A stretch of 43,235 bases of DNA from Patescibacteria group bacterium (GTDB lineage Bacteria; Patescibacteriota; Minisyncoccia; UBA6257; 02-FULL-45-10c), in assembly GCA_028865335.1 (NCBI GenBank), contig JAGWKK010000002.1, forward strand, positions 1 to 43,235, given 5' to 3'. The notes under the pieces were generated by a model, which worked only from the letters and a program-made list of their open reading frames with translations, was not told the DNA's origin and did no database searches. Shown one piece after another: positions 19,862-27,064 of the stretch. The position numbers and the translations under genes are program-made. How positions within the stretch are numbered: the first letter of the stretch is position 1; every line of letters begins with the position of its first letter.

Positions 19862-19887
19862 AAAAAACATCCCGCAAATGCGGGATG
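19862..19887 (-). terminator. rpmA terminator (bidirectional hairpin)
   Basis: CATCCCGC-AAAT-GCGGGATG flanked by A- and T-runs. Confidence 0.7.
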
Positions 19888-19892
19888 TTTTT

Positions 19893-20165
19893 TTAGAGAA
19901 CGCTGACGACGGTTATCTTTCTTCGTGATCCGTCGAAACGGGTCTTCTTGGAAGTGGTGAATTTCACTTTACCGTTCTTCATCGCGTAGATCGTGTCGTC
20001 GGCTCCCTGTTTGACGTTGGTGCCGAGCGAATACTTGCTGCCGCGCTGGCGGATGAGGATCTGTCCTGCCATCGCCATTTCGCCGTCCGCTTTCTTTACG
20101 CCGAGCCGTTTTGATTCTGATTCTCTATTATTATGGGCTGCGCCCACCGATTTAGTATGTGCCAT
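19893..20165 (-). CDS. rpmA: 50S ribosomal protein L27
   Basis: MAHTKSVGAAHNNRESESKRLGVK... canonical L27 N-terminus. Confidence 0.95.
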   Translation of the reverse strand: MAHTKSVGAAHNNRESESKRLGVKKADGEMAMAGQILIRQRGSKYSLGTNVKQGADDTIYAMKNGKVKFTTSKKTRFDGSRRKITVVSVL

Positions 20166-20319
20166 AATTTCCCGAGAGCGAAGCGATTGGCTGAAATTAT
20201 GAGCATCCCGCCGTAGCTTTAGCGGAGGCGGACGCCATTCATTTGCTTATCGCAGCACCCTCAATTAATTTACCTAATCTATAGTATACCATACTGACGG
20301 ATAATGCAAGAGGCGTGGG

Positions 20320-20386
20320 GTGGTCGAAGGTACAAAGTACAAAGTCAAAAGTCATAAAACTAAAAATCATAAAGTTGAATAAAAAA
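20320..20386. repeat. phased heptamer stutter tract
   Basis: ggtcgaa|ggtacaa|agtacaa|agtcaaa|agtcata|aaactaa|aaatcat|aaagttg. Confidence 0.55.
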
Positions 20387-20416
20387 TCCCCCGACCGAAG
20401 TCGGGGGGGGTGATGT

Positions 20417-20977
20417 CTAAATGGTGAGTGAAGATGACGAGATCAACCGGATCAAGTTTCGCATTTCGGATTCCTCGATCATAGACGGCTTTGCCGGCAT
20501 CGAAAGGTCGGGGCGGATCGGATCGACATACGGCGGTGCGCCGAAGGTCTGGAAACCAAGTTCATCGCTCACTTTACCGCCGCAAAGCGTTTCAACGGTT
20601 ACGGATATCTTTCGCAGTACAGACGCCTCGTGTTTCTTTTCCTCGGCTATTTGGTATTCCTCCCGAACATTATTATGCTCAAAATTGATGAACGCTCTCT
20701 CATACATCATTCCAAAACCTCTTTCTATCGCCTCTTCCGGCGATTCGCAAGAATCAGAAGGAACAGTCTGAACGAGTGATCCGCCGATAGAGATGACCAC
20801 TCCCTCGGGAAACGTGCGCAATTTCAACGTGAAACCGCCATGTCGCGTCTTGGTTCCTGGCTTATTGTTCCAATCCGGTTCCCATTCTTGGAAATAACTG
20901 GCAAGCGATTTAGAAGCACTCCGCTTGCTTTTCCAGAATACTTGTTTCAGCTGATTGAGGAGTAGTTCTTCGAGCAT
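20417..20977 (-). CDS. hypothetical protein (about 186 aa), lower-GC orphan
   Basis: Second ATG (20977) follows GGAGG; consensus promoter upstream; terminator CCCCCCCGAC-TTCG-GTCGGGGG downstream. Confidence 0.6.
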   Translation of the reverse strand: MLEELLLNQLKQVFWKSKRSASKSLASYFQEWEPDWNNKPGTKTRHGGFTLKLRTFPEGVVISIGGSLVQTVPSDSCESPEEAIERGFGMMYERAFINFEHNNVREEYQIAEEKKHEASVLRKISVTVETLCGGKVSDELGFQTFGAPPYVDPIRPDLSMPAKPSMIEESEMRNLIRLISSSSLTI

Positions 20978-21010
20978 CTTTCCTCCCATGTTATCAACGA
21001 AGCCGTTTCT

Positions 21011-21039
21011 ATAATAGCGATAAATGGAATAATTGTCAA
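21011..21039 (-). promoter_or_regulatory. consensus sigma70-like promoter for ORF 20417..20977
   Basis: Minus strand TTGACA (21039-21034), 17-nt spacer, TATTAT (21016-21011). Confidence 0.55.
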
Positions 21040-21054
21040 AGCCGTTCTGCAGTC

Positions 21055-21194
21055 ATTAGAAATTAGAAATTAGGAATTAAAACTCATGACGCATGACTCA
21101 TGACGCATGACTCGTGACTCTTGATTCATGACACTTGCCACCTGACACCTGAAACATGAAACCTTATGGACCTTATGGACCTTTGACTTTACAG
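21055..21194. repeat. 20 consecutive in-phase degenerate heptamers; left inverted arm
   Basis: attagaa|attagaa|attagga|attaaaa|ctcatga|cgcatga|ctcatga|cgcatga|ctcgtga|...|cacctga|cacctga|aacatga|... The reverse complement matches 26727-26830. Confidence 0.8.
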
Positions 21195-21195
21195 A

Positions 21196-21966
21196 CTACC
21201 CCAAGTATCCCACCTGTTTCAGCCATTTCTCATTTTCCCATTCCCAGAGTCTCTTCGCGCCGAGGAAGGCCTGGAAGTCGTGCTTCCAGTCGGGGAATTC
21301 CTGCAGTTCAGTGACGCCGGTGAGTTCGGACCATTCGTGCTGATCCTGCGGACACATCGTCTTTTTCCCGCGGCGGATTTTGTTGCGGCCGCCTTTCGGG
21401 CGCATCGTCGCGCCACACTTGAGACAAGTGCGGACCTGATCGATCCGGAGAATCCAGCGGGTCTGCAGCTTGGGCAATTCGTCCAACAGAGCTTCTATAT
21501 ATGCGGCAGTCTGGAGGTTGTAGTCGCGATAGATCGCCTGAGAGGTCTTGATATCCAGGACGCCGAACTTGCCGTCCACCAGCGCCAGCGTATCGATCGT
21601 GCCCGCATACCGGTGTTCCGGATGGAAGATGCGCTTTTCCACGAACTTCGGGTCCACGCGGATTTCGCGGGTCTTCACGAAATCAAGAAATCCCTGCACG
21701 GCCGGTGCGATGGAAGCGGGGATATGCGGATGCTCGCCGACCATCAGTTTTTCCACGGTTTCGTGGATCAGCGTCCCTTCCCGCGCGGAATTTTCGGTGA
21801 TCGCTTTTGCGGCATTGTAACTCGCGGCCTCGCCATAGAACCGGTAGAGCGCCGGTTTGGATTTTATCTCGACTATTTTCGTGACGCGCGGATACCACTT
21901 GCCGTCGATGGCATATCCGGCCTGATCCTTGAATTCCTCGACATTGGAATAATCGAAAAGCGACAT
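21196..21966 (-). CDS. PD-(D/E)XK nuclease, RecB/lambda-exonuclease-like, with C-terminal zinc ribbon (256 aa)
   Basis: GTIDTLALVDGKFGVLDIKTS (D...DxK) followed by QTAAY (QxxxY); CLKCG...CPQDQH. ATG 21966 preferred; the 143-aa N-terminal extension of the listed ORF is rejected. Confidence 0.75.
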   Translation of the reverse strand: MSLFDYSNVEEFKDQAGYAIDGKWYPRVTKIVEIKSKPALYRFYGEAASYNAAKAITENSAREGTLIHETVEKLMVGEHPHIPASIAPAVQGFLDFVKTREIRVDPKFVEKRIFHPEHRYAGTIDTLALVDGKFGVLDIKTSQAIYRDYNLQTAAYIEALLDELPKLQTRWILRIDQVRTCLKCGATMRPKGGRNKIRRGKKTMCPQDQHEWSELTGVTELQEFPDWKHDFQAFLGAKRLWEWENEKWLKQVGYLG

Positions 21967-22029
21967 AGATGGATATATTCTTGCATGGTATCGGTTTTTT
22001 GGATAGAGTGAAGAGCGGATAGTGCGAGC

Positions 22030-22407
22030 GTGGAGAATACCGTGCTGACGAAACCCGAGAAGTCCTTCGTCCGGCTGCTCCGGGATGGAACGGCCCGGCA
22101 ATATCTGCGGTGGCAGAGGATCTCGCCGACGCATATCCAGGTGCACATTGACGACGTATCGGTTTCGATGGATCGTGTCGGTGAGATGCCGACGCTTTCG
22201 GTGGGATTGGAAAATACCGCACGCCACGATGTCAGGGATATGAGCCTCCAGAAAGCGCTGTTCTGGATCCACTTCTGGTCTACGGTCGATTCCACGAGCG
22301 CCTTCTGGTATCCGGATGCCTTTCCTCTCCAAAAACCGCGGCGATGGCAGCGTGCGCGCGGACGATTTCTCGCGCGGCTCACCTCGGCCGCACAACGACT
22401 CTTCTGA
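22030..22407 (+). CDS. possible hypothetical protein (GTG start, 125 aa), or a non-coding transcript
   Basis: A plus-strand terminator sits exactly at the ORF end; the composition is not convincingly coding. Confidence 0.3.
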   Translation: MENTVLTKPEKSFVRLLRDGTARQYLRWQRISPTHIQVHIDDVSVSMDRVGEMPTLSVGLENTARHDVRDMSLQKALFWIHFWSTVDSTSAFWYPDAFPLQKPRRWQRARGRFLARLTSAAQRLF

Positions 22408-22417
22408 GTCGTTTTTT
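22395..22417 (+). terminator. intrinsic terminator
   Basis: ACGACTC-TTCT-GAGTCGT then TTTTTT. Confidence 0.6.
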
Positions 22418-22492
22418 CATGCACGTTTGCTTGACGGGAGGACTGTCTTTGCGTAGGGTGGAGAGGACTCGTGAATCCTTGAAAGGTGAAAA

Positions 22493-22966
22493 ATGAAGAA
22501 GATCGCACTCGGCGTGCTCGTACTCGGCCTTGCGGGATGCATGGCGGACGTCCGTCAGGACGCGCATACCTACATCCTCAAGGAAGTTCCGGTGGTGATG
22601 ACCGGCGCGATGGACGGAAATTCATCGGCCTCGGGAAATCAGCTTGGACCGACTGTCGAGATGGCTCTGCTGGACCAAAGCCGGCCCGGGACGAAGCAGC
22701 TGACCGATCCGGAGGAGGACGTCTCGCTGCTCGCCTGCGCTTCGACGGTGCGCATCGAGATCGACCCCGCGCTCAGCGAATGGTTCAGCAACTACCAGTA
22801 TTCCGAACTGTTCAGTGCCGAGCGGGTGACGACCGACGCCACCTGGCCCCGCCGCTATTTCGCATCGGGAGCCGTGGTCATCAAAGTGGATGACACTCCC
22901 CGTAAACGCGAGATCGAGGATGCGCTCCGCATTCTGCGCAACCACTCGTGTCCCGGAAAGAACTGA
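22493..22966 (+). CDS. lipoprotein (157 aa)
   Basis: Signal peptide with lipobox LGLAGC; TTGACG-17-TAGGGT promoter upstream. Confidence 0.75.
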   Translation: MKKIALGVLVLGLAGCMADVRQDAHTYILKEVPVVMTGAMDGNSSASGNQLGPTVEMALLDQSRPGTKQLTDPEEDVSLLACASTVRIEIDPALSEWFSNYQYSELFSAERVTTDATWPRRYFASGAVVIKVDDTPRKREIEDALRILRNHSCPGKN

Positions 22967-22988
22967 GCTGCAGCAATGCAGCTTTTTT
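22966..22988 (+). terminator. intrinsic terminator
   Basis: AGCTGCA-GCAA-TGCAGCT then TTTTTT. Confidence 0.7.
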
Positions 22989-23061
22989 ATTTGGCTCAAC
23001 CACTGCGCCCGTATTTTATAGGTATTGACAAATAAGCACTCGATATGCTAGATTATATTTA

Positions 23062-23324
23062 ATCCACAGGCGCAGTAGTCCTTCTCGCAACGGTCTCGAG
23101 GCCGTTGGACCCCGAGAAGAGCGCGCTCGTAATACGTGGAGCGAACGGATCCCGTGGGTCCGTGGCCCTGCGACCATGCTCTAGCGGAGGGTCTCTGCTA
23201 AAGCTAAGGACAAAGGGCTCCTTTTACTCGGCTTAGGCAACCGGGTCGACTCTTCGGAGTCGTGATCGGCTTTGGAACTCAATCCTCAGCTGTCAGCGCC
23301 TTCCCCCAAAGCTTCGGCTGCGGG
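23062..23324 (+). ncRNA. candidate structured RNA (about 260 nt), or a terminator-containing leader of the protease gene
   Basis: GGTATTGACAAAT promoter (TTGACA 23025-23030, TAGATT 23049-23054). Nested helices CTTCTCG/CGAGAAG around CAACGG/CCGTTG. UUCG hairpin CGACTC/GAGTCG. Terminator 23293-23324. No ORF. Confidence 0.5.
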
Positions 23325-23411
23325 GGATTTTTTTATATCAGTTTTAGCTCTGGATTTCTCTCAATAAATACCGTACAGTGAAAATATCCTTGAAAATCCG
23401 AAAGAGGACGA

Positions 23412-24011
23412 ATGCACGTAATCGTCGTCGTTGGGAAACCGAGTAACGAAGATTCACGCAAGGATCGGTTTGAAATCGCTGCGACCAATACGATCCTTAA
23501 CCTCCGTATAGATTTCGATATGGCTCGGAAAGACGATCTTTCTTACGTCTGGGGACCTGCTTCGCGGGTACAGAAGCGCCTTGAAGCTATCTTCCTGGAG
23601 AAGCGCGACGAAGACATCTGCCTTTTCTATTTCGGCCATGGGGCTGAGTACGGATGGGCGATGCTAGGCGATCGACGCCCCGGCTCCGTCCTCGCGTACG
23701 AAGACCTCCGGCTGACGCTTGCGCAGCATTCCGGAAATCTTCTCTTTATCAACGCTCCGTGCTACGCCGGCGCCGCATCCGATGCGCTGGAGGGACATGG
23801 CGGAGCGCATTGTCTGATCGCTCTGGTCCCTCGCGATAAATGCGGCTATCCCGAAAACTTCATCCATTCCATATTCGGATCTTGGCGCGCTCGCCGCTTT
23901 TTCAATCCGCGAGATCCCTGTTTTGGGAATGTAGAAGACAATGCCCCTGTCGTCGAAGGCGATATCGAGTTGCAGCAGCTGATGTTCCCGAAAAAGGAGG
24001 CATTCGTATGA
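23412..24011 (+). CDS. minimal clan-CD (caspase/legumain-like) cysteine protease fold, paralog 1 (199 aa)
   Basis: ICLFYFGHGAEYG (His76) and LLFINAPCYAGA (Cys117) with 41-residue spacing, as in the clan-CD His-Cys dyad. Confidence 0.65.
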   Translation: MHVIVVVGKPSNEDSRKDRFEIAATNTILNLRIDFDMARKDDLSYVWGPASRVQKRLEAIFLEKRDEDICLFYFGHGAEYGWAMLGDRRPGSVLAYEDLRLTLAQHSGNLLFINAPCYAGAASDALEGHGGAHCLIALVPRDKCGYPENFIHSIFGSWRARRFFNPRDPCFGNVEDNAPVVEGDIELQQLMFPKKEAFV

Positions 24012-24232
24012 ACCGGAAAGAGCGCAAGAGCTACGTCGAGCTGACGCGATACCTGATTCTCATTGCTGCGACGGTCGCGTTCGCCGTAGCGACTTATCCG
24101 CTGCTCTATTATTCCGGTGCGCTGAAATTGATGAATGACATTTCAGTGGCGTTGACGATTTCGCTGCGCAACCTGATTGAACACCAGAATCCTACGATCA
24201 CCGTCCCGTATCCGAAGCAGCCGCGCCGGTAG
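24008..24232 (+). CDS. small membrane protein (74 aa), translationally coupled to the protease
   Basis: ATGA start/stop overlap with the upstream CDS; one clear TM (YLILIAATVAFAVATYPLLYY) and a second amphipathic segment. Confidence 0.55.
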   Translation: MNRKERKSYVELTRYLILIAATVAFAVATYPLLYYSGALKLMNDISVALTISLRNLIEHQNPTITVPYPKQPRR

Positions 24233-24242
24233 AGTATCATCC

Positions 24243-24305
24243 CCCCGCCATTCCAGGTGGCGGGGACCCGCCCTCGCACCTTTGATAAGGTAGTGAGGGT
24301 TTTTT
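24243..24305 (+). terminator. tandem hairpins / terminator
   Basis: CCCCGCCA-TTCCAGG-TGGCGGGG, then CCCTCGC...GTGAGGG followed by TTTTT. Confidence 0.6.
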
Positions 24306-24335
24306 AATTTCCCCGCCACTGGTACAATAAGAGAC

Positions 24336-25385
24336 ATGGACCTGACCACGATCGCCATTTTCATACTGATCCTTATCGGCTTCGCCGTACTGTACGCCGC
24401 GATCAAGAATCAACCGCAGCCGGAGACAAAAAAAGATGAACAGTCGCTTCTGATGCTCCAACAACAGCTGCAGGATCTGCGCCGTACCTTGGATACGCAG
24501 CTCGGCGCCTCCACGCGCTCCATGCAGTCGCAGTTCAGCGAGAGCGCGAAAATCATCCGCGATGTCACCGAACGCCTCACGAAACTGGATGAGACCAACC
24601 GCCAGGTGGTCAGCTTCGCCGACCAGCTTCAGAATCTGCAGGACATCCTGAAGAATCCGAAACAGCGCGGCATCCTCGGCGAATATTATCTGGAGGAGAT
24701 CCTGAAGAACGTCCTGCCGCCGGGCCGCTATCAGATGCAATATCCGTTCAAGAACGGCGACATCGTAGATGCGGTCATTTTCGTGCAGGACAAAGTGATT
24801 CCGATCGATTCCAAGTTCAGCCTGGAAAATTACAACCGCCTTCTGGAAGCGCACGAAGAATCCGAACAGGCCGATCTGGAAAAAGCATTCAAGCAGGATC
24901 TCAAAAACCGCATCGATGAGACGGCGAAATATGTGAAGCCGGAAGAGGGGACGATGGACTTCGCGTTCATGTTCATCCCGGCGGAAGCGATTTACTACGA
25001 TCTGCTCGTCAACAAGATTGGCGCGGCGAAAACGAACACGCGCGACCTGATCCAGTACGCATTCAAGGACAAACATGTCATCATTGTTTCGCCGACGTCG
25101 TTCCTGGCGTATCTGCAGACCGTTCTCCAGGGATTGAAGGCGTTGCAGATTGAAGAATCCGCAAAGGAGATCCGTAAGCGGGTGGAGATGCTCGGCAAAC
25201 ACCTCGGCAGTTACGAGGATTACATGAAAAAGCTCGGCACCCACCTCGGCACTTCCATCAATATGTACAACAGCGCCTATAAGGAGCTCGGGAAGATCGA
25301 CAAGGACGTTCTGAAGATCACCGACTCGGCCATCGGCATCGAACCGGAATTGCTGGAACGACCTGAACTGACGGAAGTGGAATAG
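24336..25385 (+). CDS. rmuC: DNA recombination protein RmuC
   Basis: N-terminal TM, long coiled coil, and a RmuC C-terminal nuclease-like core (GILGEYYLEEIL..., FMFIPAEAIYYDLL). Confidence 0.88.
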   Translation: MDLTTIAIFILILIGFAVLYAAIKNQPQPETKKDEQSLLMLQQQLQDLRRTLDTQLGASTRSMQSQFSESAKIIRDVTERLTKLDETNRQVVSFADQLQNLQDILKNPKQRGILGEYYLEEILKNVLPPGRYQMQYPFKNGDIVDAVIFVQDKVIPIDSKFSLENYNRLLEAHEESEQADLEKAFKQDLKNRIDETAKYVKPEEGTMDFAFMFIPAEAIYYDLLVNKIGAAKTNTRDLIQYAFKDKHVIIVSPTSFLAYLQTVLQGLKALQIEESAKEIRKRVEMLGKHLGSYEDYMKKLGTHLGTSINMYNSAYKELGKIDKDVLKITDSAIGIEPELLERPELTEVE

Positions 25386-25410
25386 AAAAGAGCGCGTAGC
25401 TCTTTTTTAT
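25386..25410 (+). terminator. intrinsic terminator
   Basis: AAAAGAGC-GCGT-AGCTCTTTTTT. Confidence 0.65.
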
Positions 25411-25466
25411 TTGACCGGCGCCTTATTTTTATTTACAGTAGTATCAGTTCTCAAAAATGCGAGGTG

Positions 25467-26039
25467 ATGATGAGCGAGCTTGAAAAGCAATCCGGACCTC
25501 TGATGAGCAGTGAGATATACGGAATTCTCGAAGTCATCGGCAAGAAAATACAAGCGGGTGAATTCGACGGCCAACTCGGCGGAGGATCGCCCCACGACTG
25601 GCAGATCCGTATAAGCGGCACCAAGAAGATAAAGTTCTCTTTCTTCTCGTACGACCGGTCGAACAGCGCCCTCGTCTTTCCGGTGCTCATATGCGGGCCT
25701 CTGGTCCCGATGATCGGGATGCTGACCTATAGCATAGCGCTTTCCTTTCTCGCATTTGTTGTCGGCATGGCGATGATATGGCTCGTTATACACTGGCTGG
25801 GAAACATATTCGGGAAAGACAAGCGCTATATGACCGGACGACTCACTGTCGCCAATGAATCATTGGTGATGGAATCCCGGTGCGCCGTAGGGTCTGACGG
25901 GAGGGTTTGGACCGAAAGCGGATATGCCGATCTCGCGCAACTGCAGCAGATGGTGATCGAGCGGATCAAGATGATCCATTCCGGCAGAGGCAATCTGCCG
26001 AAGATGAAAAAGTACCTCAACGATTCAGAAGGAGCGTAA
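25467..26039 (+). CDS. hypothetical 2-TM membrane protein (about 190 aa)
   Basis: GAGGTG before ATG; central hydrophobic pair (LVFPVLICGPLVPMIGML..., FLAFVVGMAMIWLVIHWL). Confidence 0.6.
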   Translation: MMSELEKQSGPLMSSEIYGILEVIGKKIQAGEFDGQLGGGSPHDWQIRISGTKKIKFSFFSYDRSNSALVFPVLICGPLVPMIGMLTYSIALSFLAFVVGMAMIWLVIHWLGNIFGKDKRYMTGRLTVANESLVMESRCAVGSDGRVWTESGYADLAQLQQMVIERIKMIHSGRGNLPKMKKYLNDSEGA

Positions 26040-26051
26040 GCTCCTTTTTTG
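26031..26051 (+). terminator. intrinsic terminator (stop codon in the loop)
   Basis: GGAGC-GTAA-GCTCC then TTTTTT. Confidence 0.65.
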
Positions 26052-26066
26052 TTTTATACTGACCGT

Positions 26067-26726
26067 ATGGAAAAACATGACGAGCTTTACCGGAAAAAAT
26101 GGCGGAAATTCCAGCAGCGGGCGTGGCTGTTCCGGTTCATTCCGTTCGTGGATTTCGTATTCGCCGCGGGATCGCTCGCGACCGGTAACGTTCATGAAGC
26201 GTCCGACTTCGATGTGATTGTCGGCGCACGACAGGGGAGAATTTTCACTGTCCGCTTTTTCTGCTTTCTTGTTTTCAAGCCGCTTGGCCTCTGGGCGCGC
26301 CATCCCGATCACTCAAAAGATCGCATCTGCTTCAATCATTTCGTGACTCCGTACGGCTACCGCCTCCGTCCGCCGCATAACGCCTATTGGCAGAACTTGT
26401 ATGCGTCTTTGATTCCGGTCTACGGCAATCCGCGGATCATGCAGCGGTTCTGGCGCGCGAACCGGGGATGGATGAAGGGACCGAAACTCTATGAACCGAT
26501 GTCGGACAAACCGCTCGGCCGGAAATCATGGATTGCGAAACTGGGCGAGGCGATGCTTGCCGGCAGGTTTGGTACCTGGGTTGAGCTCAAGCTGAAAAAT
26601 CTGCAGTTGGAAACCATCGCTTCCGATCGGAATCATCAGGAAGAATACAAACCGCGGATCATCATCAGCGATGACGAATTGGAGTTCCATCCGCATACGA
26701 AACGAATTGAGGAATACAGCGCGTAG
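26067..26726 (+). CDS. nucleotidyltransferase-fold (Pol-beta superfamily-like) protein (219 aa)
   Basis: AAGSLATGNVHEASDFDVIV fits the GS-x(n)-DxD minimal NTase motif; ATG 26067 preferred over TTG 26049. Confidence 0.6.
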   Translation: MEKHDELYRKKWRKFQQRAWLFRFIPFVDFVFAAGSLATGNVHEASDFDVIVGARQGRIFTVRFFCFLVFKPLGLWARHPDHSKDRICFNHFVTPYGYRLRPPHNAYWQNLYASLIPVYGNPRIMQRFWRANRGWMKGPKLYEPMSDKPLGRKSWIAKLGEAMLAGRFGTWVELKLKNLQLETIASDRNHQEEYKPRIIISDDELEFHPHTKRIEEYSA

Positions 26727-26978
26727 TCCAAAGTCCATAAGGTCGAAGGTCCATAAGGTCCGTCAGATTTCATGTTTCAGGTGTCAGGTGGCAAGTGTCA
26801 TGAGTTTTAATTCCTAATTCCTAATTCCTAATTCCTAATTCCTGCATTTATTCGTGGTGTTCGTATAACCCATGCATTCTGTTCGTATTAGACTGTTCGT
26901 AGTGTTCGTGTGGCCATTCTTATTCGCATTAAACCCAATTACTAATGACCAATGCCTGATGACTGATTGCGTAATCTT
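26727..26978. repeat. about 36 in-phase degenerate heptamers; right inverted arm
   Basis: ttcatgt|ttcaggt|gtcaggt|ggcaagt|gtcatga|gttttaa|ttcctaa x4|...|gttcgta|ttagact|gttcgta|...|aatgacc|aatgcct|gatgact. Confidence 0.8.
26808..26842. repeat. perfect tandem repeat (TAATTCC)x5
   Basis: Five exact 7-nt units counted directly. Confidence 0.95.
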
Positions 26979-26981
26979 TCC

Positions 26982-27010
26982 TTGACTAATTCTACTTATT
27001 GCAGTAAGAT
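26982..27010 (+). promoter_or_regulatory. sigma70-like promoter for ORF 27065..27415
   Basis: TTGACT 26982-26987, 17-nt spacer, TAAGAT 27005-27010. Confidence 0.5.
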
Positions 27011-27064
27011 ATCATCGACACACCAAAAGGCGTTTCGCGGAAAATCCACGAGGAGGATGGTTGT

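Noticed and set aside
21967-22395. N-terminal 143-aa extension of the listed 399-aa nuclease ORF
   Set aside because: The extension is Arg/Pro/His-rich with no structure. The conserved nuclease begins at MSLFDY (ATG 21966).
23062-23324. Identity as RNase P RNA, tmRNA, SRP/4.5S, 6S or a T-box
   Set aside because: - CGGCUUAGG and AAGGACAAAGGGCUCC superficially recall the RNase P P4 strands, but they are only about 20 nt apart and the rest of the core is missing.
- There is no tRNA-like acceptor or tag ORF for tmRNA.
- There is no GGAA/AGCA SRP helix-8 motif.
- There is no T-box sequence.
24237-25244. 335-aa minus-strand ORF
   Set aside because: It is antisense to rmuC, and terminators and promoters support plus-strand transcription.
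23412-26039. Bacterial gasdermin partner for the caspase-like protease
   Set aside because: The adjacent ORF is only 74 aa. The nearest larger unknown (25467..26039) is separated by rmuC and two terminators, and it has internal TM helices rather than a gasdermin-like soluble fold.
21055-26978. Heptamer tracts as a CRISPR array
   Set aside because: The period is 7 nt with no unique spacers and no repeat of 24-40 nt. No cas genes are present.
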